From: Macrostomum lignano
Lineage: Eukaryota
Length of the DNA stretch: 64,000 bases
Assembly (NCBI GenBank): GCA_002269645.1
Contig: NIVC01000390.1
Span: 62,001 to 126,000, forward strand
Direction: 5' to 3'
In this document: piece after piece, positions 50,190 through 62,034 of the stretch
How positions within the stretch are numbered: position 1 is the stretch's first letter
Layout of the letters: each line of letters begins with the position of its first letter
Notes under the pieces: model-generated
What the model was told of the DNA's origin: nothing
The model's database searches: none
Seen by the model: the letters and a program-made list of their open reading frames with translations, nothing else
Made by a program: the position numbers and the translations under genes

Positions 50190-51043
50190 CAGTGTGGGAA
50201 TCCAGGTGCAGCAGAAGACCAGGCTGATCAGAGCAGTGACCCGCATGGTCTCTATGAAACGGCCCATCTCAAGAAACTGCTCCTCCTCGATGAGCAGGTC
50301 GGCAGCGGATGCTGTCGCGTCGTCCTGCTCGGCGGCCTTCTGCGCCGCGGTCTGCTTGCGCTGCCACAGGCAGATGATCACCAGGTTGGTGCTCAGCACG
50401 CAGGCCAGGCAGAGGCCGGCAATGCTGGCGAACACCACGAAGAAGACAGATTCCCTGAACCCGTTCGGCTGCCTGGCCAGCCAGGAGACGCAGAAGCCGC
50501 TGACCAACTCGCCGTCAGGCCCGGATTTTTCGGCCACGGCAGACGGAGCGAATCCGAGCAGCGGCAGGGTGGCGGTGAGCAGCGTCAGGCAGTAGCAGGT
50601 GAGCAGCAGGCAGCCGAGCAGGACGCTGTTCCTCGTGTCAACCGGCAGCGGCATCGGCTCGTCCAGCATCCGCCTGACGCAGCGGGCCCGGTCCAGCACC
50701 AGCAGCACCACGATAAGCATGGAGGCCAGCTGGAACCACAGCGCGGTCAGCTGGTGCAGGTTGCACGCTCGGGCGTCTCGCTGCCAGGTGCCGCGGAAAT
50801 AAGCCACGATCCAGGGCGGCTCCGGCACCAGCACCGACAGGATGTCCGTGACGCTGAGCGCGGCCACGATCAGGTCCAGGTTGGTCCGCTCGGCCGACGA
50901 TTTGGCTCGGAAAACTACGAGCGGCGGCAGGAGGTTGCCCAGCACCAGCAGCGCCTCGACCCGATGGTCAACAAGGCGGTGGCGTGGTGCAGCAGGCGGT
51001 GCTCATCCGTGAGGGCCTCGTGTGGAGATTCCTCTAGCGGCAT
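50190..51043 (-). CDS. Class A GPCR (prostanoid-receptor-like), exon 1: TM1-TM6, with 1-nt frameshift at ~50961
   Basis: ATG at 51043 (MPLEESP..ATALLTIG) is out of frame with VEALLVLGN...LSVTDIL...DRA...FCCTWIPTL unless one G is added to the run at 50960-62. GTGAGT donor, phase 0, in TM6. Confidence 0.8.
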
Positions 51044-51304
51044 GTCTCTGAGTGCCTGTCTGTCTCTGATTGTCGGTCTCTGATTGTCTGTCTGTCTCTG
51101 ATTGCCCGTCTCAAATTGGCTGTCGAACCTGCGAGCTCGTCCTTCGTCTTTTCTGCACTGGCAAATAACTGTTTCTCCGCCCAGCTGGCACCCTCACAGT
51201 CGCCCAGTTGGCTCTCATTGGCTCCTGGAGGACAACTTTTGTCCTGCGAGTCTGGCCAATCGCTCAAATTTTGACAGATTTTGTGTGCCAAGTAATGAAA
51301 GATG

Positions 51305-51643
51305 TGTCTGAACTGAGTAAGGCGTGTCTGAACTGAGTAAGGCGTGTCTGAACTGAGTAAGGCGTGTCTGAACTGAGTAAGGCGTGTCTGAACTGAGTAA
51401 GGCGTGTCTGAACTGAGTAAGGCGTGTCTGAACTGAGTAAGGCGTGTCTGAACTGAGTAAGGCGTGTCTGAACTGATTAAGGCGTGTCTGAACTGAGTAA
51501 GGCGTGTCTGAACTGAGTAAGGCGTGTCTGAACTGAGTAAGGCGTGTCTGAACTGAGTAAGGCGTGTCTGAACTGAGTAAGGCGTGTCTGAACTGAGTAA
51601 GGCGTGTCTGAACTGTACTGAGTGAGGCGTGTCTGAACTGAGT
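51305..51643. repeat. 20-bp minisatellite (gcgtgtctgaactgagtaag)
   Basis: Direct inspection. Confidence 0.95.
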
Positions 51644-52334
51644 AGGGGGTGATAAAATTGAGTAAGAAGTGACAAGCTGGACTAAAAGTGCGGCAAGGGT
51701 TGAGTAAGGTATGTCAGAATTAATCAAATTTGTGTCGGAACTGAGTCAAACGAGAGGCAAGTTCGAGCTGCAAAACTTGGTTGACAAGTATCAAGATGGA
51801 CCCGACACGAATGAAGGTTCTAATCGGGTTTTTAATATAGCTATCAGATATGCGTTTCTAAAGCACTTGTCACCTTCAAAGGATAGCCAACATCGCTTGC
51901 TTCCTAGAGGCAAAAGAAGCAATATTAAAACAGAGAAATGCCTACAATCTTCTTCCGCATCGCCACATTTCCCTATCTTCCTTCGCGAAAGCAATTTTAC
52001 AACGGAGAAGGGGCAGAGGAAAATCCCATGTCGCCCAGGCTCGGTCCTCGACTCCCAGCGAGTGGCCCCCCGCATCCCCCTGGGAAAGGAGTCGGATCAA
52101 TCAGCTAATTGCCTTTTTGAGCTGAAGCCTCGGAGACCGGCGCGCCTGGCACTCCGCCGGTCATTTCTGCCTGGGAGTTCCAGGCCTAGACATCTGGAGT
52201 GGGCGCTGGACTTCTATTTTTGGTTTGATCCTCGTTCACTTATTATCCTGGAATCAACAGTCTGCTAGCAGTCTATCTACGAGCTAAATGCTTTGATAGT
52301 TTTTCATAAAATGGGGATAGGAAGTTCAAGAAAA

Positions 52335-53105
52335 TTGCTGTGTTGTTGCTTTAGCTATTGTTGTTGTTTTTTCTACTGCCGATGTTGCTGTTGCTACTGC
52401 TGTTGTTGTTTTTGCTACTGCTGTTGTTGCTTTTGCTACTGCTGTTGTTGCTTTTGCTACTGCTTTTGTTGCTTTTGCTACTGCTGTTGTTGCTTTTGCT
52501 ACTGCTGTTGTTGCTTTTGCTACTGCTGTTGTTGCTTTTGCTACTGCTGTTGTTGCTTTTGCTACTGCTTTTGTTGCTTTTGCTACTGCTGTTGTTGCTT
52601 TTGCTACTGCTGTTGTTGCTTTTGCTACTGCTGTTGTTGCTTTTGCTACTGCTGTTGTTGCTTTTGTTATTGCTGTTGTTGTTGTTTTAGGTGTTTCTTT
52701 TGCTACTGCTGTTGTTGTTTTTGCTACTGCTGTTGTTGTTTTTGCTACTGCTGTTGTTGTTTTTGCTACTGCTGTTGTTGCTTTTGCTACTGCTGTTGTT
52801 GTTTTTGCTACTGCTGTTGTTGCTTTTGCTACTGCTGTTGTTGCTTTTGTTATTGCTGTTGTTGTTGTTTTAGGTGTTTCTTTTGCTACTGCTGTTGTTG
52901 TTGTTTTTTGCTACAGCTGTTGTTGCTTTTTGCTATTGCTGTTGCTGTTGTTTTAGCCACCTCTGTTGTTTCTTTTCTACTGCTGTTGTTGCTTTTGCTA
53001 CTGCTGTTGTTGTTGTTTTAGCCACCTCTGGTGTTTCTTTTCTACTGCTGTTGTTGCTTTTGCTACTGCTGTTGTTGCTCTCGCTGCTGTTGTTTGCTTT
53101 TGCTG
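52335..53105. repeat. 21-bp TGY-based low-complexity repeat (tgctactgctgttgttgcttt)
   Basis: Direct inspection. Confidence 0.95.
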
Positions 53106-53699
53106 TCGTGATTCCCTTTTCGATCAAAAAGTACGTTAAAAGCCCACATTTCATTTTGTGCTGAAGGACGCCAGAGAAAGTGTTTTCACTACGTCGTCAA
53201 TTCCATCGCCAGATTCTGTTTCTAGACCTCCTTGATCCTGCATGCGAAGCTCAAAGACATTCTGCTTTTTTCGGCTTCGTCAAAATAAGACTTGACTTGC
53301 CACTTGGGACAAAAAAGACAGGAAAAACAGTGATGGAAGACAGAATTATTCTTATCGGCTCTCATCGCCTCTCCCTTTATCTTAGCAACACGCCACTGTC
53401 TCATTTTCCTGCACTAGTGTCTGGTTCGTGAGCATGAGATGAGTAAGGCCTTGGTGCAGAATTCGGTCTAAAAAATCGACTCTTATTATAGCTTATAGTG
53501 TTCGAGAGGCCTGTAATAACTCGGTATAATCTGTAACTGTGTAACTTGATCGAGTGATGCCTATGGTAGCCTGAAAGTTCAGCCTGTTTCAGTCTGTTTT
53601 CGTCTGTAGAACTTTTGCTTGAATGTCCTTTTTAGCCTTCCAGAGCTTGTTCTACTTGCAGTATTAGGCTGTGCTTGCCTGCTGTAAGGCTGCAATAAT

Positions 53700-54050
53700 C
53701 TGTATTGAGTCTGTATTAGCCTTTCTATAGCCAGTTTTTGCTTACTGTAGCCTGTATTAGTCTGTATTGAGTCTGTATTTTGTCTGTATTAGCCTCTCTA
53801 TAGCCAGTTTTTGCTTACTGTAGCCTGTATTAGTCTGTATTGAGTCTGTATTTTGTCTGTATTAGCCTCTCTATAGCCAGTTTTTGCTTACTGTAGCCTG
53901 TATTAGTCTGTATTGAGTCTGTATTTAGTCTGCATTAGCCTCTCTATAGCCAGTTTTTGCTTACTGTAGCCTGTATTAGTCTGTATTGAGTCTGTATTTA
54001 GTCTGTATTAGCCTGTATAAGTCTATATTAGCCTGTATTAGTCTGTATTA
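53700..54050. repeat. 73-bp tandem repeat, about 4 copies
   Basis: ccagtttttg recurs at 53731, 53804 and 53877. Confidence 0.9.
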
Positions 54051-55419
54051 GTCTGCCGCAGTCTGTAGTAGCCGTAGACTATATAAGTTTCCCATAATAA
54101 AATTTTTCTGTAGCAGCCTTTCCTTATAATGATAGGGTCTTTCAATGCATTTTGCGGTCCATTCACTTCACAAACTCACACCACATCAATTAGCAGCAAT
54201 ATCATTTATGATGCATCAATAAGATTCCAGCTGCTGAACTAATTGTCACATGATGAGCGGCTCCGGCCGGCATAAAAGCGCTGTATTGATCCAAGGCAGA
54301 AGAAATCGATCACTTTTCCCCTATGTGGAGCTGCTCAGTATGGGGGAGCGAGAGACGGGCTGCCTGTTCAATATTCGACACCGTCATGGAGCTCTGGGCT
54401 TAGCTATCTGGCCGAAATCCAACTTTTCCTACCCTCAGGCACCGCGGAACAAGGGCAGAGGGGATTATCCTGGGGAGGTCAAAGGAGGTCTGCTGCCCCC
54501 CCCCCCTTGGTGAGAAAAGGAGTAGCGATGGTTAATGGAAAAACCTCGCTTGCGGCGCTAAATTATCGTCAAGGACTTTTTCCGCCCCCGACAATAATAG
54601 TTATATTTTTTTACTATTTTGTAAGTTTTGTTTAAAATTTTTATTGAACAAATTTATGGAATGTAAGCTAAACTAATAATAATCGATGTACAAGGGGCTG
54701 TCATGTCCAGTTTCCAATCCAGATGCTACTATCTAGAGCTCCGTGGCTCCGACTAGGACAATCTCCAATCTCGTGTCAATGTCGGGGAGGCGCTTCGGAA
54801 ACGGGGGGGGGGAGAAATCCGTTCTGTTCTGTTCGCCTTATTCTCGAGTGGCCAAATTATGGTCCTAATCCGTTTCCAAGTCGGGCCAAGTGATGGAGAA
54901 GAGAGCCTGGGGAGACTTGCGAGGCTGGGATGGAGTGTCGGATGGAGCTGGAACAGTTTCGAATCGCCCCGCAGACCGTTGGCGACGGCGCAAAAAGTAA
55001 GGCGGCGGAATTAGCAAGTCGCCGGGGAACAAAGAAGAGAATGGTTAATGAAACTGACGGGTGAGTCTGGGTCGCTTGAGTCCCAATGGAATGGGAGAGA
55101 CTGACGGGCAGTTCAAACGGTTGTGAAGCTGAAAATGAGGCTGATATTTTTGACAAATATCCAGCTATATGCCGCCTGTTAGGGGATTATGGAATTGCTT
55201 GGACGAAGGAAATTCAATTTCGCTTGGATAAGGCCGAGCTGAACGCTTGGCTGATCGCGAGCAAATGATCCGATTTGAGTCCAAAATCCAAAATCTGTAT
55301 GTAGACTAGCATGTAGCTCGAAGCTTCACAACCTCGAAGCTTCACATGCAGACTCGAAACTTCACAGGCTCAAAACTTCACGAGCTCGAAACTTCACAAG
55401 CTCGAAAATTCACAGGCAG

Positions 55420-55793
55420 GATGTAGGAGCCGGTGGTAGGATGTAGGGTCTGTGAATTTTCGAGCTGGTGGTAGGATGTAGGGTCTGTGAATTTTCGAGC
55501 TGGTGGTAGGATGTAGGGTCTGTGAATTTTCGAGCTGGTGGTAGGATGTAGGGTCTGTGAATTTTCGAGCCGGTGGTAGGATGTAGGGTCTGTGAATTTT
55601 CGAGCTTGTGAAGTTTTGAGTCTGTGAAGTTTCGAGCTTGTGAAGTTTTGAGTCTGTGAAGTTTCGAGCTTGTGAAGTTTTGAGTCTGTGAAGTTTCGAG
55701 CTTGTGAAGTTTTGAGTCTGTGAAGTTTGGAGCTTGTGAAGTTTTGAGTCTGTGAAGTTTCGAGCTTGTGAAGTTTTGAGTCTGTGAAGTTTC
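55420..55793. repeat. Adjacent 35-bp and 32-bp minisatellites sharing a ctgtgaa..tcgagc core
   Basis: Direct inspection. Confidence 0.9.
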
Positions 55794-56217
55794 TTCACAC
55801 GTCTCACAGAAGCTGGTATGACTGCATATTCGTTTCAGAATGAAAGATAAGGAATATTTGTTTCTATACCAGAAAGGTATGCTTCTATTAGTGTACACAC
55901 TACACAGCAGTCAGGTGATAAGGGGCCGGGTTTGTCATGTGATGCTATTCACATGGATTTTGTTGCATATCCAGCGGACGTTTAAACCGTCAGCTGAAAT
56001 GCTTTAATTCATTTTCTTGGAAGTGTGCGCAGTATGTGTTTGTACACTTGCCTATTGTCTCAGCGTTTGTGCATGACAGCCTAATTATAGTATTCACTGA
56101 GCCTATATTACTGGTAGAAGCTGAGTCACATGGCTCCAGGTTGATGCCTCAAGCCAACGTCAGTCTCAGTAGCATAGAAAATTTCTTGTAATAATCTACA
56201 TCTTATACGCTCATACC

Positions 56218-56263
56218 ATGGCCAGAGACATTATTTTTATACTATCTGTTCTCTTGTCATTTG
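56218..56263 (+). CDS. Signal-peptide exon of an orphan type I membrane protein (absent from ORF track)
   Basis: ccATG, MARDIIFILSVLLSF hydrophobic leader, strong GTAAGT donor in phase 1 matching the acceptor at 56485. Confidence 0.75.
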
Positions 56264-56485
56264 GTAAGTATTAAAGTACGTATTTATATACTTAATTAAA
56301 ACTTCGAATAGAACACCAATATTCACAAATTCTAGATTCCTTGGGATAAGCGTTCTTGTCAAGTTTTCAGTCAGTTTTACTCGTATTGTGTGCTAATAGT
56401 GTCTATTAAACTACTAAAGCTCAAATTAAAATTTTGCAAAACTTAATGCTTCTAAACCTAAACGATTTTTCAACGATATCGCCAG

Positions 56486-57168
56486 GTGTCGCAGTGCCTC
56501 TGCGCCTGTCAACTGCGAAACCACCTGCTTGCTCTGGCTTGTCAGGCCTGTCAGACTACATCGGGACCAGCTGCGACCCGAACGCGTGCCCCACTGCCGC
56601 CCCGGGACAGCCGCATCAGTACCCGGGGCCGTTCTGCATCTGCAAGCTTTGCCCAAATAACAACACCGAGAAATTCTATATTGAGCTGTACAACTGCCTC
56701 AAGCAGCTGAAGTACTGCCCGGAGCCCATCAAGGCGCGCGTTGTCACCGGCGATGTCAAGCCATCATCATTAACCAAAACTTCAACAGCGTCAACACCAG
56801 CGCCGATACCAAAACCAACGCCGACAAAAATACCAATAACTTCGACAGCTGGCAAAACAGTCAAGCCGACTAAAACGTTCGAAGCTGAAGCATCGTCATC
56901 ACCAGAAAAGTGGATCGGCCTGGCCATCGGCCTGAGCGTAGGGGTCATCGGATTCTCCTGTCTGGCCATCTGGTGGCTCTGCTTTGAGGGGCACAAAAAA
57001 CCGTCAAAGTTTAGAGATGAAGATCTGCGCAAGCAGATGCTGGACAACGCGGCCGAGCAGGCGACGGTAGAGCAGGAGTCAGACGAGCAACCGCAGGCGC
57101 AGTCTTCAGCAGCTGTTGGGGTGCGGGTCACCAACAGTGCACAGAATGCAGCCGACATACTCGGCTGA
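56486..57168 (+). CDS. Orphan type I membrane protein: 8-Cys ectodomain, Thr/Pro stalk, TM, acidic tail
   Basis: CCAG acceptor. Eight Cys in about 65 aa, mucin-like stalk, TM WIGLAIGLSVGVIGFSCLAIWWLCF followed by basic HKKPSK. Joined protein is 242 aa. Confidence 0.8.
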
Positions 57169-59329
57169 GACTGGCTTATACGAGTATACTGGTAGCTCAA
57201 AACCCAAAAAATACCATACCGGGACTAAAAATCATACGTTGCAATTCTCTGTGAAATTACGAGTCATTAATTATTTGCCACATTGTAAATATACCATTGG
57301 GTGGCGTATCAAACATAACTCAAAGTCCAATACTCGTCTTTGGCTTTCAATTTCTTAGTATTCTAGCTATTTGTAATGCCTCACTAGCACAAAAAAATTC
57401 GGTTCCATGTTAAGATCCATGTTCCAATAATAGAGGGAAATCCACGGAAATTCCGCAGGATTTCCATTTCTACTCGGCGGCAAAGCCGCGGGCTAGCCTA
57501 AAAAACTCTTCATTTCAAATATTGTAAAAGATAGTAGAAACAAATACGCTCGTAGAATGTACACAAAAGCGATGTACATACGCGATTATCAGGTTGCACA
57601 CAATTGAAAAATTCAATTTTGATGGCAACGCGATATCAAAACGACGTAAAAGCCAGTGCTAAGGGTGTATTGTTAACGAACCAATAGGCAGACAAAACAG
57701 CTAACAAGGAAACTATCAAGCTGCATATACATACATGTTATGTATAGTTCAGTAATAAAAACAGATTCTGAAATTCGATTAAAAAACCAAAACGCTTTTA
57801 ATACGACATAACACTTTTTTCCTTGACTGCAAAACATATCGATACAGATAGGAAAACACAACATAGATTATCCAATTTATAGTAAACCTTATTACTAACA
57901 ACAAATAACAGGCAAGCAGTTGTATTTTTCGAGTTTTTAGAAGACAAAAAGACAAAATTTATACAGCGCAATTTTTATTTTCCTATACTGTGATAAGTAC
58001 AATTGGAAAGAAGTGGCTCTAGACGACTCTAAAACGATGAGATGTCACGGTCGGTACAAGTCGCATAAGAGCCAATTTGAGGCGTTCTATTGTCTGCGGC
58101 TCTGAATCAACTCTGGGGCCGTAGAGTCGTATCTGAGGCGTGCCAGAGCCGCTGTAGAATCAGTGATTTTTGCATTTATGACAACTCTATTTAGTCTACT
58201 TGAGTTAGTAAAAAGTTCAGCGCTAATACGAGCGTACATTGACTCTTGGAAAAATTTTTGCGACTGTTACGATTCTGCAACTCCCGCGATGCGCTCGTGA
58301 CTTAACAGTCGTCTTTCAGTCGCATTACGGTCGTGTGAGTCGTTAAAAAGTCACAAGAGTCGCCCCAGAGGCGCAATGAGTCGCAATGACTCTTTAGTAG
58401 CGATTTTTGTTTCAGTAACGTTTTCAAAGGGCTAAGTTTGGACCATAAAAATATGTTCAAATTCGAGCCAATCAGAGCCAAGCGAAGGCGCGAAGGGCGG
58501 AGGAGTGAGGTGGATGTCTGGAGGGACAGCCAGCCAATCAGCGATCGACTTCTTACAAAGATCGATTGCCATGCATTGTAAAAATGTCAGTAAATAAAAT
58601 AACAAATTAATTATAGCATATTAGGACTAATTACGGAAGCAATAAACGTGCATTCCAGACCAGACGGCTTATTGAGATACTTGCAAAGTTCAAGAAATTC
58701 ATTGAGAAAATGCGCTATACACAGACTAAGCATTGCCCCAAAAGCGAAAAGCACAGACTAGATATTTAATATATTATTATTAGCAGCAATAGTAAGAGAA
58801 AAAATCATGTAAGCATTGATTGCTTAGCCTTGACTCGGCATCGGGAGCGGGCATGTAGACCTACTAATGTAACGTAAAAATTGAAAAAAATTTGCTAACT
58901 ATGCAATAAATTCGGCATAAAAGCAATATTTACTACTTGCACAAGTATAAAAAACGAACACAATGTATAATTAAGCACAATGAAAACTTCCAAAAACAAA
59001 ATACGGACGATTAAATTAAAAAATAAACGAAAAAAGCTCAGCTGCAGCAGTAGAAACAATACCAAAAAGGGGAACACCTGCTACTAGGGGAATATTAGAC
59101 TTTTGCATCACAAAACTAGACATATCTACGCACTATTTCAGAATAAATAGATAGAGCAGCAAAGAATACAATGCAAAAATTTGTTTTTGTTAATTCTGAT
59201 AAAATGTTTGATGGAATCACAAAATTCGTCCTAAGTTGTGTTTAAACAGCACGAGACACCGAGATCTGTAATTTGTTTAATAGTTTTAACAGTGCCGCCT
59301 CTAAAAAGTGATGTGTTGAAAACAAATAG

Positions 59330-60075
59330 TGAGGAGGGGCTGGCGGAGGCGAATGTACGCACCCAGCTATTATTGGAGAGTGGGGAGGGGCCGGCGGAGG
59401 CGAATGTACACACCCAGCTATTATTAGAGTGAGTGGGAAGGGGTTGGCGGAGGCGAATGTACACACCCAGCTATTATTGGAGTGAGTGGGGAGGGGCTGG
59501 CGGAGGCGAATGTACACAGCCGGCTATTATTAGAGTGAGTGGGGAGGGGCTGGCGGAGGCGAATGTACACACCCAGCTATTATTAGAGTGAGTGGGAAGG
59601 GGCTGGCGGAGGCGAATGTACACACCCAGCTATTATTGGAGTGAGTGGGGAGGGGCTGGCGGAGGCGAATGCACGCACACAGCCGGCTATTATGGGAGTG
59701 AGAGGGGCTGGCGGAGGCGAATGTACACACCCAGCTATTATTGGAGTGAGTGGGGAGGGGCTGGCGGAGGCGAATGCACGCACACAGCCGGCTATTATGG
59801 GAGTGAGAGGGGCTGGCGGAGGCGAATGTACACAGCCGGCTAATATGGGAGTGAGAGGGGCTAGCGGAGGCGAACGCACGCACACAGCCGGCTATTAAGG
59901 GAGTGAGAGGGGCTGGCGGAGGCGAATGTACACAGCCGGCTATTATGGGAGTGAGAGGGGGCTGGCGGAGGCGAATGCAACGCACACAGATGGCTATTAT
60001 GGGAGTGAGAGGGGGCTGGCGGAGGCGAATGTACACAACCCAGCTATTATGGGAGTGAGTGAGGCTTGGCGGAGG
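59330..60075. repeat. ~53-bp minisatellite
   Basis: gggctggcggaggcgaatgtacacacccagctattattggagtgagtgggga-type unit. Confidence 0.9.
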
Positions 60076-60134
60076 CAAAACCAACTATGCGAAGCCCAAT
60101 CCAGAAAGCGCCGAATTCCTACAAGCGCTGTTCC

Positions 60135-60386
60135 TTAGCTAGCCGTCGATCCAGCGGTGATGGCAGCAATAGCGGCCGCTCCCGCGGCGGCGCCGGCACC
60201 GGCGCTACTCCTGATCTGCGGCAGTCGATCGCGCGCAGTCTTGCGCTTCCGTCGAAGACCGTCGTCCACAAGTAAGGCGCCGCGGCTAAAATCAGACATT
60301 ATATCGTCCAGCGCACCGTCCTCAATTGTCCGGGTGTGCTTGCGTGGGGTGCGGCGCTGCTGGCCCAGATCTTCAGAGTCTTTGCG
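60135..60386 (-). CDS. Probable last exon of a formin (DAD-like C-terminus; absent from ORF track)
   Basis: tttcatacag acceptor and an 83-aa open frame ending TAA. EDGALDDIMSDFSRG...RRKRK resembles the diaphanous autoregulatory domain (G.MD.LL..L..G plus basic tail). Upstream exons not identified. Confidence 0.55.
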   Translation of the reverse strand, partial: RKDSEDLGQQRRTPRKHTRTIEDGALDDIMSDFSRGALLVDDGLRRKRKTARDRLPQIRSSAGAGAAAGAAAIAAITAGSTAS

Positions 60387-61086
60387 CTGTATGAAATAGA
60401 GTAAAAGTGTGTCTACAAACTGCGCGCACTACTGATTACAATGGTACATAAGTAGCAAAATCAGCTTGTATATTTTTAATCTTGAGAGGAGAGCGTACAC
60501 TAATTAACTAGAAATCTTCCTCTTAATGAAGTTCCCTCCACAACACGTTCGTACCTCTCTACGCTCGTACGAGTATAAACTAGGCATTAAACTAGCTTGT
60601 TAATCCGACTTCTCACATCCTTTATAGCAAACTCAAAAGAAAAACGAACTTGTTCGTATTTGTGAACAAAGTAGGAAGGGTGGCATGTTAGACTACAGCT
60701 TCACATACTGAGAAATAGGATCAAACTTCGAGCAGCAGAAGCGGGGCCAACTCCCCAGCAGCCCCAGCAGGGGGGAGGAGACTACTGCACCAGTGGATAG
60801 AAACGACCTCAACCTGACCTCAGCCGGACCTTATTAAAGCGTAAAGTCATAAAGTGCCGCCTGGATACCATGGGATTTACCATGCGCTACTCAAAGTCCA
60901 TTGCCAGTGCAGTGCTGCATACATTTAACAGTATAGAACATCAGGCTTATATGCATTGCAACTTTATTAAGCATATACAACAGTTATAGCTTGTATTATA
61001 GCTATAATCCCAACTATAGAATTCTTAATACCATCCATGAACATACGCTCGTAATACATGGCCCTATTCATATATATACGAGTCTG

Positions 61087-61232
61087 ATCCATACAAATCT
61101 ACAGGATTCTGATCCCATGTACATGTACAGGATTCTGATCCCATGTACATGTACAGGATTCTGATCCCATCCACATCTACAGGATTCTGATCCCATACAC
61201 ACCTACAGGATTTTGATCCCATGTACATGTAA
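61087..61232. repeat. 26-bp minisatellite (tacaggattctgatcccatgtacatg)
   Basis: Direct inspection. Confidence 0.85.
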
Positions 61233-62034
61233 GGGATTCTAATTCGATGGGATTTTAAATGATTTGTTTGCATTCTTGGATTCTTCCTAATTCTAAAAGT
61301 CGTTTAAAAAATAAAAAAGAACTTTAATTTCGCACCCATCCCACTCCCAGTCTCGGTTCCCACGCTAGGAGACAACAAGATGATAGAAAAAGTCCCAACC
61401 ATGATTTGCTAAGGCCATTAGCAAAACCTGAGCCAGCCAAATGAAAGTGGCAAGGGGGGTAGTTGAAATGCGCAGTTAGTTAAGAATCGCCCCGAAGTGA
61501 ACTGTGGCTCCATCAGTCAAAAGCCAGGACTTATCGCCAAACGCACACACACCGTTGCAAAGATTGACGATATACTACTATACTACGCGACCGAGAGAAA
61601 GTTTCTCTGTTCAATTCCGAATTGATGAGTCATCGGCGTGAAAAAAGGCATCTCTCGGAACCCCCCCAGTCTTCGGATTCCTTTTTAAAGCTGTTTTCCG
61701 CCCGACCAATTATAGAGACAGACAGCGGTGCAAGCACTGTTGTGAAGCAAATACACAGACGGCTGTTAGTTATATATTGGGGTTTACAGGCAAAGCAGCG
61801 GTTGGACGCCTATGGAACTTCCTGGCCACAGTCCATCCACAACTATCCTGATGCCAACCCCGCTGACCTCAGCAGACCCTGCAAAGTGAGAGCGTCGCCA
61901 CCTTCCTCTAGTTGAAGCTGCCTCTGGCGCAGTGTGGGACAGGGGGCCCTCGGTCCCGACGCTCTCGTTCGTCTGCTGTCTTGTCGGTGTCCACGTCTCG
62001 GCGTTGGTTGAGACGGAGACTTTGAGACAAATTT

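Noticed and set aside
51711-52268. 185-aa ORF upstream of the third GPCR
   Set aside because: No recognisable motif, and composition differs from the GC-rich true exons.
52293-53164. Poly-Cys and poly-Leu ORFs
   Set aside because: Low-complexity TGY repeat; no splice or start context.
57470-57500. Helitron-like 3' end (gcggc-aaa-gccgc hairpin then CTAG)
   Set aside because: CTAG is not followed by T, no matching 5' TC end or Rep/helicase is seen, and the motif is short enough to be chance.
58466-58541. Two CCAAT boxes with a GC box (promoter-like)
   Set aside because: Lies between convergent gene ends with no identifiable downstream gene; cannot be supported without TSS data.
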